Shown here in pieces: positions 37,746 to 47,056 of a DNA stretch of 56,722 nt. Under the pieces are notes generated by a model that had not been told where the DNA came from, did not search any database, and was given only the letters and a program-made list of their open reading frames with translations. Both the position numbers and the translations under genes were made by a program. Position 1 is the first letter of the stretch. The number at the start of each line of letters is the position of its first letter. The stretch is taken from sequence record SRR31156797_6672; one strand, 5' to 3'.

Positions 37746-38657
37746 TTACCGCAAAACAAACGAACCTTCCCCAATCTTTTCCAAATCAGTGTAAATATCC
37801 ACGAAGTATTTTCCCTCCATAGCTTCCTCGTCACCACTTCGTTTGCGATTCCAATAGGCACAAATATCAACCGGTTCACCATCATATTTAATGGTGCGTT
37901 TGATAGAGTACTGAAGTTGTTCACCTTTGTGTTCAAATGCGTATTTTTGGGTGTCATCGATCATCAGCACAGCCTTATCCGGCCGGGAAATGCGGATATA
38001 GATATTTTTCTCACCTTCTTCTACCAGCGAATTTTCGCCAAGGGTAAAGCAAACCCTCACCCTGTCGGTGCGGCGGGCTTTGTCGGTTTCTTTTTGATTA
38101 GACCCGCGCTGGCGAATCCCTGTAGCCTCCACATTGTAGGCGCGCAAAACAGAAGCCCCTTCAACAATGGTTTCCAGTTCTTTCTTTTCGATTTTAAGCT
38201 CGGAGTTTTTCATTTGCTCTGTCCTGAAACTCTCCCTGATGCGTTCATTTTCTTCGGTAAGTTCCTGGTTAACTGTATAGAGCGAATCCATCTGGCGAAC
38301 ATATTTTTGAGCGGTCACACGAAGCCTGTCCAGCTTTTTCTTTATCAGGTAATACTCCCACTTGTAGTTGAGCAGGTTTTCAATCTCTTCGGCATTGGCC
38401 TGGATTGCACTGTCGCGTGAAGCAAGCGTATCAGAAAGGTTTCCGTAATCTCTTTTAATTTGATTGTGCTGTACCATCAACTCATCCAGTTCCTTTTGAA
38501 GGTCGGTACGAATTTGTTCTTTTTCAGCCTGCAGTTCGGTAACCTCTTTGGATTTATCAAAATAGAACCATGCCGCTATTGCCAGTAAAATGGCCAATAC
38601 AACAAGTAGAATAATGTAGATGATTGGCCTTGATTTCTTTTGAGTTTCTTCAGTCAT
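37746..38657 (-). CDS. Single-pass membrane coiled-coil hypothetical protein (Bacteroidota-type)
   Basis: N-terminal TM, ~140-aa heptad-rich coil, C-terminal beta domain (RVCFTLGEN, IYIRISRPD, GKYFVDIY). Likely start MTEETQ (38657). Confidence 0.8.
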   Translation of the reverse strand: MTEETQKKSRPIIYIILLVVLAILLAIAAWFYFDKSKEVTELQAEKEQIRTDLQKELDELMVQHNQIKRDYGNLSDTLASRDSAIQANAEEIENLLNYKWEYYLIKKKLDRLRVTAQKYVRQMDSLYTVNQELTEENERIRESFRTEQMKNSELKIEKKELETIVEGASVLRAYNVEATGIRQRGSNQKETDKARRTDRVRVCFTLGENSLVEEGEKNIYIRISRPDKAVLMIDDTQKYAFEHKGEQLQYSIKRTIKYDGEPVDICAYWNRKRSGDEEAMEGKYFVDIYTDLEKIGEGSFVLR

Positions 38658-38682
38658 TTTGTTTAAACTTGATTTTGTTTTC

Positions 38683-38714
38683 AAAAAAATCAGGATGCTA
38701 TATTAACATCCTGA
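38683..38714 (-). terminator. Hairpin plus U tract downstream of C69 peptidase copy 2
   Basis: TCAGGATG-N9-CATCCTGA stem followed on the minus strand by T7. Confidence 0.55.
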
Positions 38715-38760
38715 GAATTACGGTGCAAAAGTATCTTAATCCTAGAAATCAACGCGTAAT

Positions 38761-40383
38761 TTAATACGGAAGTACATCCTGGTTTTTATCTTTTTGCCAT
38801 TCAGGGATTTTAAATTTATCCGGATAAAGTCCGTTAATCTGGTCTTTCCATGCGTCGGGATAGCCCACATCATGTATCCGGCCATTTTCATCCTTCACAT
38901 ACCCATCGTTATATTTTGTAAGCAATTGTTCACCAAGCGCAATCCATTCTTCGTGCACTTTTTTGCCCCAAGAATTAGAAAATGCTGTGAGGTCTTCGAT
39001 TTGCTCATCCCTTGAAAGGCCAAGTACAGCTTGTGAAATGCTGTCCACTTCTCGGATCATTTTCGTTTCCAAATGGCTTTGCGCCTTTTGGATATCCTGA
39101 ATCATGTAGGAATACTTCACATTGGCAAAATTGGACACAAAGTTAAAAACCCACCACATGGAATCCCATGAAAATTTATTGATATCACCCATTGTGAAAG
39201 GTTCGGGAACGGAAGTGTTGCCCACAAATATCGGGACATAGCAGGTAAAATAGGTGTCGTCAACACCGAACCAGCAGATTCCTCCCACATTGTCAGGATA
39301 ATCAGCCCTCATCTGGCCGATGTATGAAAAACAGGTGTTGTAGGTTGAAATGGGCCTTTCCCAGGAATATCGTGTGCTGTCCGAATCATCCCAGTAAAGC
39401 GGCCGCCAGCGGTTGGGGGTTCCAAAAGGACCGGCATCCAGGCCTTTGGTCATATCAATTTCAGTGCCTTCATAATGATCTCGTACTAAATCCATCACAT
39501 CCTGAACAGAAAGTTTCTGATCGGGCTTGATCCACAGCGGATATCTTTCCGCCCCCTGCACTCCGCGGTGGTAGTCTGACGAGAATTCCTGCAATGGTGC
39601 TGCCCTTCTAAACAGGCTCCAAACCCGCGATTCGCAGTATTTCAGACGGTCTGGTGAAGCCGGGTTATACACTTCATTAAAACGGAATGGCTCCCCGGAA
39701 TCCGGATCATAATATCCTCTCTCTATCGCAAAACTGATCACATTATCAGAATACAGGCAATTCTCCGGGTCGTCTAGTGGAAACTCACCAATGCGGGCCA
39801 TGTTGGCGTGTGCGGAAATCATCCCATCAGGAATTTTCCGGGCTACCCAAATGGCACCCTCACCCCCATCGCCGGTTCCGATCATTTCGAGAATCCAGGC
39901 TTCGTTGGGGTCGACCAGCGAAAAAGATTCGCCTTCGCTGCCGTAACCATATTGATCAACAATGGAGGTCATCACTTCAACAGCTTCGCGTGCTGTTTTT
40001 GCCCGCTCCAGGGCCAGGCTCATCAGGTGCCAATATTGCAAATATTTGGTGTGATTCCAGAGTTCTTCCCGTCCGGTGAAGGTGGTTTCTCCAACCGCCA
40101 GTTGGTGTTCATTCATCTGGAAACCGACAACTGCATAGGTATGGGGAATCTGGTGAATTTTTCCTTCAACATTATTCCTGCCACTCCTGAAGGTGAGTGA
40201 GTCTCCCGGTTCATGGTCCTCCGCCGGTTTATTCGACAACCGATACAGCCATTCACCATCATTGGTGTAAACCAGATAAGAAGAACCATCCGTAGAGGCT
40301 CCTTTTGTGACGATAAGGTTTGTACAGGGAAAAAGCAGAGCCGGGATTAAAGCGGCAATTACTGCAAAGAAAAATTTATTCAT
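38761..40383 (-). CDS. C69 family dipeptidase (Ntn hydrolase), copy 2
   Basis: Signal peptide then nucleophilic Cys (P|CTNLIVTKGASTDGS), NEHQLAVGETTF, GESFS, AHANMARI, RDHYEGT, ERPIST. Likely start MNKFF (40383). Confidence 0.92.
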   Translation of the reverse strand: MNKFFFAVIAALIPALLFPCTNLIVTKGASTDGSSYLVYTNDGEWLYRLSNKPAEDHEPGDSLTFRSGRNNVEGKIHQIPHTYAVVGFQMNEHQLAVGETTFTGREELWNHTKYLQYWHLMSLALERAKTAREAVEVMTSIVDQYGYGSEGESFSLVDPNEAWILEMIGTGDGGEGAIWVARKIPDGMISAHANMARIGEFPLDDPENCLYSDNVISFAIERGYYDPDSGEPFRFNEVYNPASPDRLKYCESRVWSLFRRAAPLQEFSSDYHRGVQGAERYPLWIKPDQKLSVQDVMDLVRDHYEGTEIDMTKGLDAGPFGTPNRWRPLYWDDSDSTRYSWERPISTYNTCFSYIGQMRADYPDNVGGICWFGVDDTYFTCYVPIFVGNTSVPEPFTMGDINKFSWDSMWWVFNFVSNFANVKYSYMIQDIQKAQSHLETKMIREVDSISQAVLGLSRDEQIEDLTAFSNSWGKKVHEEWIALGEQLLTKYNDGYVKDENGRIHDVGYPDAWKDQINGLYPDKFKIPEWQKDKNQDVLPY

Positions 40384-40398
40384 GATCAAATTGGTGTT

Positions 40399-40427
40399 AA
40401 AAAAGCGCAGCAAACCGGTTGCTGCGC
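40399..40427 (-). terminator. Intrinsic terminator between the two C69 genes
   Basis: GCGCAGCAA-N5-TTGCTGCGC 9-bp stem followed on the minus strand by T6. Confidence 0.75.
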
Positions 40428-40554
40428 CCTTGTTTCATATGCAAAACTCTATCAGACAACTATTAAATTGGTTGATTGGCTGGATAAAGCAGACACACGA
40501 TAAATCGTAAATCTATATGGGTTAATTCCGAAAAACACCTAACGCAATAACGCA

Positions 40555-42300
40555 CTAGTGTCCGTCGCCACCAATCACTTTAAACTGATCGCCGGTTTCC
40601 TTTACAATTCTGCGATACCAGTCTTCACCATATCCGGGTTGTTCAAGATGCGGATTTTGCTGTCCCGGATTTGGGGTTTTAATATTGCCGTCCATGTATT
40701 TCATGAACAGGTACCTGTAAAACTCTTTCCACTGGTAGGTTACTCCGTCTGCAGTGCGTGTAGAATAATCTGTGAGATAGTTTACGGCCAGGTTTGGATT
40801 TTTATCATACAGCTTTTTAGCCTGTTCGTCGATGGTTGGCATAAGCTCAACAAAGCTTTTTTCATAGCTGTCAATCTTGGCTTTTACCTCAGGATAAATA
40901 TTGCTCCAACGGGTGTAGGTAAAGTTGGTAACCTGGTTGAAAACCCAGAAAGCGGCATCGTCAGACCAACGCATCATGGCACCATTTCCGCGTTCAACAG
41001 TATGGGGTGCGCGGGTAATGCTACAATACATGGGCATATAAACAGAACATGAAGCATCGTCAAGCCCAAACCAGATAATACCTCCAATTGGATCGGGCAA
41101 CCAGCTACGCATTTGTGACACAAACGAAAATCCGGTTTGTTGTGTGGCGGTAGCGCGTTCGTTGCAATAGGTTTCGCCATCAACCTCCCATGTGAGTGGA
41201 CGCCAGCGGTATGGTTTACCAAACGGACCGGCTCCCATGTCTTTACTCATGTCAAGTTCGGTGCCTTCGAGGTGGTCGCGCATAAATTCAAACATATCAA
41301 GCACATCTACTTTTTTGTTGGGTTTTACCCAGAGAGGCATACGATTGGTTGCATACTTGTCGATGTTTTCTTCGCCATTGGCCAGCTTTTTTCCGTGTTC
41401 AATGTTTCCTTTCACATACTCCCAGTATTGATCCATACCATCGGTAACATCGTTGAACATACTCCAAACCCGTATCTCACAAAAACGTGCTCCACCAAAA
41501 CCCACCGGGGCATATGTGTCGGAGAAACTAAAGTTTTCATCTTTCCCTACAAAATAACCGTTCTCCCGGGCAAATGAAATTACATCTTCAGCATAGATTG
41601 TGGTGATGTTATCGTCTTCCAAAAACTGGTCGAAATCATTTGAGCTAACTGATGTCTTACCGTCGGCCAAAGGGAAAGTGGTAATCCTGGCCTGGTTGGC
41701 ATGACCACAAACATATCCGTCAGGAACCTGGCGCGCTACCCAAACAGCCCCTTTGTGTCCGTTGCCTTTACCGATGAGTTCCAAAATCCAAACCTCGTTG
41801 GGATCAGCAATCGAGAATGATTCGCCTGAGCTATAGTAACCATAGGTTGAGGTCAGGTAATGAAACAGGTGTATGGCTTCACGCGCATTTTTTGCGCGTT
41901 GAAGCGTAATATAAATCAGGCTGCCATAATCAATAATGGCCCCTTCCTGACTTCCAAGTTCATTCAGACCGCCGTAGGTTGTTTCACCAATGGAAACCTG
42001 AAATTCATTGATGTTTCCTACCACATTGTAGGTTCTGGGAGCCTGTTCGATTTTACCCAGAAATTTGCCGGTGTCCCATTCATATACATCCATCAGGGTT
42101 CCTTCGGGCCAGGTAGCAGCCTGCCAGTGATAAAGCTCACCATAGAGCACATGCGAATCTGCAGCATATGAAATCATGGTTGAACCATCGGTTGAGGCCC
42201 CTTTTGTAATCAGATAATTGGTGCAGGCCTGGGCATGTTCACCGAATCCTGCAATAAACAGAGTAATCACTAAAAAAAGTAATAAACGTTGTTTCTTCAT
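40555..42300 (-). CDS. C69 family dipeptidase (Ntn hydrolase), copy 1
   Basis: Signal peptide then A|CTNYLITKGASTDGS, NEFQVSIGETTYGG, GESFS, GHANQARI, RDHLEGT, NERATATQQT. Confidence 0.93.
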   Translation of the reverse strand: MKKQRLLLFLVITLFIAGFGEHAQACTNYLITKGASTDGSTMISYAADSHVLYGELYHWQAATWPEGTLMDVYEWDTGKFLGKIEQAPRTYNVVGNINEFQVSIGETTYGGLNELGSQEGAIIDYGSLIYITLQRAKNAREAIHLFHYLTSTYGYYSSGESFSIADPNEVWILELIGKGNGHKGAVWVARQVPDGYVCGHANQARITTFPLADGKTSVSSNDFDQFLEDDNITTIYAEDVISFARENGYFVGKDENFSFSDTYAPVGFGGARFCEIRVWSMFNDVTDGMDQYWEYVKGNIEHGKKLANGEENIDKYATNRMPLWVKPNKKVDVLDMFEFMRDHLEGTELDMSKDMGAGPFGKPYRWRPLTWEVDGETYCNERATATQQTGFSFVSQMRSWLPDPIGGIIWFGLDDASCSVYMPMYCSITRAPHTVERGNGAMMRWSDDAAFWVFNQVTNFTYTRWSNIYPEVKAKIDSYEKSFVELMPTIDEQAKKLYDKNPNLAVNYLTDYSTRTADGVTYQWKEFYRYLFMKYMDGNIKTPNPGQQNPHLEQPGYGEDWYRRIVKETGDQFKVIGGDGH

Positions 42301-42468
42301 TCGTAGTAGATTTTAATAGTTATTTATGAAAATGAATACTTTATGGTAAAATTTTAATGGGCGACAAAAATAAAAGATTTGGGAAACTGGAAAAGCCTGA
42401 CACATTTTTAAATTACAAAATTACCGGCATGGGATATCAGTGCATTTTCTGTATAGCTTTGCCCCACT

Positions 42469-43362
42469 TTGAAATCAGTACATAAAGCTCATATCGCACT
42501 GTTTTTCACCAGCTTTATCTTTGGTGCCAACTACTGGATTGCCAAAGGTTTGATGCCGGATGCGCTGACGCCGTTTCAGTTGGTCACGGTTCGGATTGGT
42601 GTTGCCTGCATTTTGTTTTGGCTGATGGCAGCAATGATCAAACCCGAAAAAGTGGCGCGTAAAGATTTGATCAGGATTTTTATCGCTGCCATATTTGGAA
42701 CCACCATCAACCAACTTTTTGTTTTCGTGGCACTGAATATTGCTTCACCCATTGATATTTCCATCATTCATGTTTCCAATCCCATTTTCGTGCTGATTTT
42801 TGCAGCCATCCTCATCAAGGAGAAGATCACTCCCAAAAAAATTAGCGGGATCGCTCTTGGTGCTGCTGGTGCGCTGATCCTGATACTTTATGAAAACCAG
42901 GTGGACTTTGCCTCTGATTCATTCCGGGGACTCATATATGCCGTGATCAATATGCTGGGTTATGCACTTTACCTGGTGATTATCAAACCTGTTATGCAAA
43001 AATACCATCCGTACACGGCTATGAAATGGGTGTTTCTGGGCGGTTTTGTAACGACTATTCCCATAACATTTTCTGAACTTACCCTAATTTCATTTTCGCA
43101 TTTTACCCTGAACAACTGGCTTTCTATAATTTATGTGATCATTGCCACCACTATTTTTGCATACCTGTTTACCATTTATGCCCTCAAACATGTGGATGCC
43201 AGCGTAGTGAGTTTCTACATTTATCTCCAGCCGTTTATCGTTGCTGGCATTGCAGTGTGGATGGGTCAACAACAATTTACGATCAGCAAAGTAATTGCCG
43301 CATTACTGATCTTTATTGGGGTTTATTTGGTGTCTGCAAAGGGTAAAAAGGCTATTGGGTGA
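42469..43362 (+). CDS. DMT superfamily (EamA) transporter
   Basis: 297 aa, ~10 TM segments in two EamA halves (IFGANY, NPIFVL..IKEKI, YIYLQP); TTG start preceded by TAGCTTTG. Confidence 0.92.
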   Translation: MKSVHKAHIALFFTSFIFGANYWIAKGLMPDALTPFQLVTVRIGVACILFWLMAAMIKPEKVARKDLIRIFIAAIFGTTINQLFVFVALNIASPIDISIIHVSNPIFVLIFAAILIKEKITPKKISGIALGAAGALILILYENQVDFASDSFRGLIYAVINMLGYALYLVIIKPVMQKYHPYTAMKWVFLGGFVTTIPITFSELTLISFSHFTLNNWLSIIYVIIATTIFAYLFTIYALKHVDASVVSFYIYLQPFIVAGIAVWMGQQQFTISKVIAALLIFIGVYLVSAKGKKAIG

Positions 43363-43435
43363 TTTTTTCAGGTGTACTTGAATAGTTCAATTTTTGTGTT
43401 GCTTTTTCAGATACAATTGCATTTTTTGCATCAAA

Positions 43436-44512
43436 TCATAACAAATGTCTGAACGGTAAAATCAGCCATTCGGCGAACTTTTGAATTGCCGGGCGACGTT
43501 TCCAGGCCTCAAAATCAAAGGGTTCACACATATGCATGGTTTCATCGATGTGATCTCTGATGAGGGATTTAATGTGTGGGTTTTTACCAACCAATACGAT
43601 TTCGTGCATGTACCTGAAACTCCGGTAATCAAAGTTTGGAGAGCCGAGCGCAAAAATTTCGTCATCTATCAACAGTAGTTTCGCGTGCAGGTTGTACTGG
43701 CTGAAATTGAAGAATTTGATGTTGTTATTATGTAGCATTTGCAGGTAACGGCCGTGGAGAATATTGACCAGGCGTACATCCGAATGTTTTGGTATGATCA
43801 CTTTTACCTCCACACCACGATTGGCCGCGTCCATCATCTCTTTCCTCAAAAAGAATCCTGGTAGGAAATACGGACTTTCGATAATGATTTCTTTTTGGGC
43901 ATGGCGGAATAAATGCTCGTATCGCTTTTTGATTTTTTGTCGTGAAATGGAGGGAACGTCACGTAGAATTTCACAATCTCCATGTCGGATTATCCGTGTA
44001 TAAAGACTCCGGTAGCGAATATACTTATTGTAGATTTTAAAATCCTGGTAAAAAACCTTTTTAAACTGTTTGGCAATATCACCTTTGATCCGCAAAACGC
44101 TTTCGCGCCAAATGATGTTGTAATCGGTGAGGTTTGACGACCCGATGTAAGATATGACATCATCGATGATAATCAGCTTGCGGTGATTGCGACGGTGGCT
44201 TCGGGTAAAGAAATCGATGTTGATTTTAATTTTCTGGAAAAATCTCACCTCCCCTCCGGCCCGTTTGAGGTCATCGAAAAAGTCGTCCGGAATGGCACTA
44301 CCCCCCCATGAATCGATCAACAGCCTTACTTCAACGCCAAGTTTTGCAACCCTTGTGAGTGCGTCTTTAAATTTTATCCCGATGGTTTGATGGGCAAACT
44401 TATAGGTTTCGATGAACACATATTTTTTGGCAGCCATGATGTCGTCGAGCATGGCATTGTAATATTTCATGGGGTCATCATAAAAAACGGTATCTGCAGG
44501 ATCGAAACTCAC
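43436..44512 (-). CDS. Cardiolipin synthase / phospholipase D family (ClsB-like, no N-terminal TM)
   Basis: Two HKD motifs (RNHRKLIIID...GSSN and LHAKLLLID...GSPNFDYRS) and SPYFLP. Confidence 0.9.
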   Translation of the reverse strand: MSFDPADTVFYDDPMKYYNAMLDDIMAAKKYVFIETYKFAHQTIGIKFKDALTRVAKLGVEVRLLIDSWGGSAIPDDFFDDLKRAGGEVRFFQKIKINIDFFTRSHRRNHRKLIIIDDVISYIGSSNLTDYNIIWRESVLRIKGDIAKQFKKVFYQDFKIYNKYIRYRSLYTRIIRHGDCEILRDVPSISRQKIKKRYEHLFRHAQKEIIIESPYFLPGFFLRKEMMDAANRGVEVKVIIPKHSDVRLVNILHGRYLQMLHNNNIKFFNFSQYNLHAKLLLIDDEIFALGSPNFDYRSFRYMHEIVLVGKNPHIKSLIRDHIDETMHMCEPFDFEAWKRRPAIQKFAEWLILPFRHLL

Positions 44513-44572
44513 AGTTTGAAATTTTAAACACTCAAAATTACAAAAAACAATAATGTTGAAGCATTCAATAAT

Positions 44573-45262
44573 TTACCCGATGAAAAAAATACCGCCACCA
44601 TCAATAAGGGCTGTGTCACAAAGTTCAATCAATTCAATTTGGTGAAGATCAAGAAATGATTGCAGCTTTGGTCCATCCGGATATTTGCTGAGATTTCCGA
44701 GAATAAATAGTTGTGTTTTTTGCCTACCACAGCAACCACCAATAAAACCATGGTTGAACCCGGAGAGGGCTATTCCTTTTGGGTCTAAAAATAGCGCAGT
44801 AACGCCGGCGATTTGCAATTGGTTTTTTATCCCATGGTCAGATGTTATGGCAAGATCATTATTCAAAAACAAAAGGTTACACCTGGTATAACCCTGGTTA
44901 ACATGGATCATCGTTTTTTGTCCGGCAGTTTCAAGAATTGACGGATCTGTTATTTTTGTGTTGTGCACCAGGTATTTGTGGGTTGCCACAGCATTGTATC
45001 TGGCCGATTCAGGATATTGCTGCCCGACAGGATTTATACCAACCTTAAAATTGATGTTATGATTTTGAAGTTCAAGAAAATATTTTGGGGGGAGGTTTGG
45101 TGCAACAATCAGTTGACCATCGACCTGCGCGAAAAAAATATCCGGATGGCCGGAGATAGCCGGGTAGGTAATTCCCGATGTTTCTAATTCCATCAACTCA
45201 CCATAATTGGAAAGCGTTTTTTTGGCTTCCACAGGCACCTTCGCATCAATGATAATCAACAT
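44573..45262 (-). CDS. DUF6873-like protein (putative GME/pentein, amidinotransferase-like fold)
   Basis: Likely start MLIIIDAK (45262), overlapping the upstream stop; motifs ISGHPDIFF, YPESARYN, VNQGYTRC, ITSDHGI, HGFIGGCCG, LIDGGG. Confidence 0.75.
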   Translation of the reverse strand: MLIIIDAKVPVEAKKTLSNYGELMELETSGITYPAISGHPDIFFAQVDGQLIVAPNLPPKYFLELQNHNINFKVGINPVGQQYPESARYNAVATHKYLVHNTKITDPSILETAGQKTMIHVNQGYTRCNLLFLNNDLAITSDHGIKNQLQIAGVTALFLDPKGIALSGFNHGFIGGCCGRQKTQLFILGNLSKYPDGPKLQSFLDLHQIELIELCDTALIDGGGIFFIG

Positions 45263-46250
45263 AAAAATCGCGATTTGTGAGTTTAGGGTCGGTTTTAAAA
45301 CGTACTCGTCTGAACTTTTGTAGCAACATTTTTTTGTTGGCGGCTTCGTATCCAACAGCATAATTCAATTCACCCGGTGGGATAAAAATGGTCAGGTCTT
45401 CCGGATAATTTTGGTGGATTTCAATTAGTCTATCCCGCCATAATTTTGTTAGCACCAGCTCTTTAAACGAAATATGGAAAGGCCCGGCAACCAAATCAGA
45501 ATGATCCATCAAGCCTTCCGAAGGATGCAACCCAACACGGATGATATTCACACCGGCATTTTCAAATACAGGAATAACCTTTGCTGTTTGGTCAACGGCA
45601 TCGGATAGAGACAACGGCGCAAATTTTCTTGACCGGCAAAGCTTTTCAAGGGGTGTGCCTTTAATCACCAGTGTGGGATAAATCCTTACATCCTGAGCTC
45701 CCAATTTCACAAACTCTTTTGCTGTGAACATTGTTTTTTCAGGTGTGTCTCCGGGAAGGCCAATCATCATTTGTAAACCCAGCCTGAACCCTTTTGCTGA
45801 AATTTTCTTCGCGGCTTCAACAATTTTTTCAGCCTTATGTCCCCTGCCCGACTTTTGAAGCACTTCATCGTCCATGGATTGTGCGCCCAGTTCAATGGTT
45901 TCAACATGGAGCCTTTTCAACAGATTCAGAACATCATCTGTAATAAAATCGGGACGTGTTGACAATCGGATAAATTTAATGGTTCCCTGATTGATGAACG
46001 GCTGAACAGCATCAAGATACATGGCCTGGGTTTCCAATTTCAATCCCGTAAATGTTCCACCAAAAAAACCAACCTGCACTTCAGAATCTTTGGGAATGGT
46101 TTTAAGATGGGCTTCGATGATTTTAGTCACCTCATCTATCGTTGGTGTTTCCAGATGCCCTGAAATTTTTTCCTGGTCGCAATAAATGCACTGAAAAGGA
46201 CAGGCTTTCATGGGTATAAAAACCGGTATAGTGAAGTGTTTTCCAGGCAT
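45246..46250 (-). CDS. Elp3-like radical SAM protein lacking the KAT domain
   Basis: IPVFIP..ACPFQCIYC (CxxxCxxC), FFGGTFT, RLSTRPD, IELGAQS, QMMIGLPGD, RIYPTLV..T, IIRVGL, AGPFH. Confidence 0.9.
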   Translation of the reverse strand: MPGKHFTIPVFIPMKACPFQCIYCDQEKISGHLETPTIDEVTKIIEAHLKTIPKDSEVQVGFFGGTFTGLKLETQAMYLDAVQPFINQGTIKFIRLSTRPDFITDDVLNLLKRLHVETIELGAQSMDDEVLQKSGRGHKAEKIVEAAKKISAKGFRLGLQMMIGLPGDTPEKTMFTAKEFVKLGAQDVRIYPTLVIKGTPLEKLCRSRKFAPLSLSDAVDQTAKVIPVFENAGVNIIRVGLHPSEGLMDHSDLVAGPFHISFKELVLTKLWRDRLIEIHQNYPEDLTIFIPPGELNYAVGYEAANKKMLLQKFRRVRFKTDPKLTNRDFYVDYH

Positions 46251-46264
46251 ATGCCTTCAATTGA

Positions 46265-46510
46265 TCAATGTAACTGCGCTTCGATTAGCTTTTTAAGCTC
46301 TTCTCGTTCGGGTAAATAGAGTTGATACTTTGAGACAAATAATTGGGAATTAACGTTATGCATGGCATATTTTACCCAGTGTATCCAACTCAATTTGTGC
46401 GGATCCTCCGCATAAATTCGATATTCATCATAAAACTGCCTCATTCTTTGAGGGTTGCTTTGACTAAATTTACCAAATCGGTGAGTCAGAACCTTTGATA
46501 AATTATGCAT
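46265..46510 (-). pseudogene. Internally deleted YhcG/DUF1016 (PDDEXK nuclease family) remnant, still an open 81-codon frame
   Basis: N-terminal part LSKVLTHRFGKFSQSNPQRMRQFY...LSWIHW resembles DUF1016_N; C-terminal part YAMHNVNSQLFVSKYQLYLPEREELKKLIE resembles the YhcG C-terminus; the nuclease core is missing. Confidence 0.7.
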
Positions 46511-46688
46511 ACAAATTTAAACATTCCGGGCATAAACAGGAATTATATTTCTCGTTAATTTCATTCATTTTATCAGGAGGAATAAACACCTCGTAGCACC
46601 AGCACTTGCCGGAAGGGCTACAGAAAAAATCCCTGCCGCACTTTGGGCATTTCGAAGGCTCGCGTATTTTTTCGGATTGACTATTCAT
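46503..46688 (-). CDS. Cysteine-rich CWC family protein
   Basis: CPKCGRDFFC...KCWC...CLCPECL; start overlaps the folB stop. Confidence 0.85.
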   Translation of the reverse strand: MNSQSEKIREPSKCPKCGRDFFCSPSGKCWCYEVFIPPDKMNEINEKYNSCLCPECLNLYA

Positions 46689-47040
46689 CTTCTGTACTCA
46701 GGGTTAGGCTCACATTACTAACCTTTCCACCCAATGGTGGGTTCATTTTTGAAACCTTTACCTCGGCATATTCAATATCCGGATATTGCTGCTTGAGGTT
46801 TATCAAAATTCTGCGGCCCACATTTTCCAGCAATTTTGATTTGATCTCCATTTGCGCTTTCACCAGTAAGAAAACATCCTGATAATTGATGGTTTTGGAT
46901 AACTGGTCGGTTTGCTCGGCTTCGGAAGTATCCGCTTCAATGTAAAGGTCAACAATAAATCTGGTTCCGATAATTTGTTCTTCGCTAAAACAACCGTGGT
47001 AAGCGAAAAACTCCATATTCTCAATCGAGATCAATCCCAT
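46681..47040 (-). CDS. folB: Dihydroneopterin aldolase
   Basis: FFAYHGCFSEEQIIG.RFIVD, TINY, SKLLE, KMNPP. Confidence 0.96.
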   Translation of the reverse strand: MGLISIENMEFFAYHGCFSEEQIIGTRFIVDLYIEADTSEAEQTDQLSKTINYQDVFLLVKAQMEIKSKLLENVGRRILINLKQQYPDIEYAEVKVSKMNPPLGGKVSNVSLTLSTEDE

Positions 47041-47056
47041 AACAGCGCTTTAAAAT

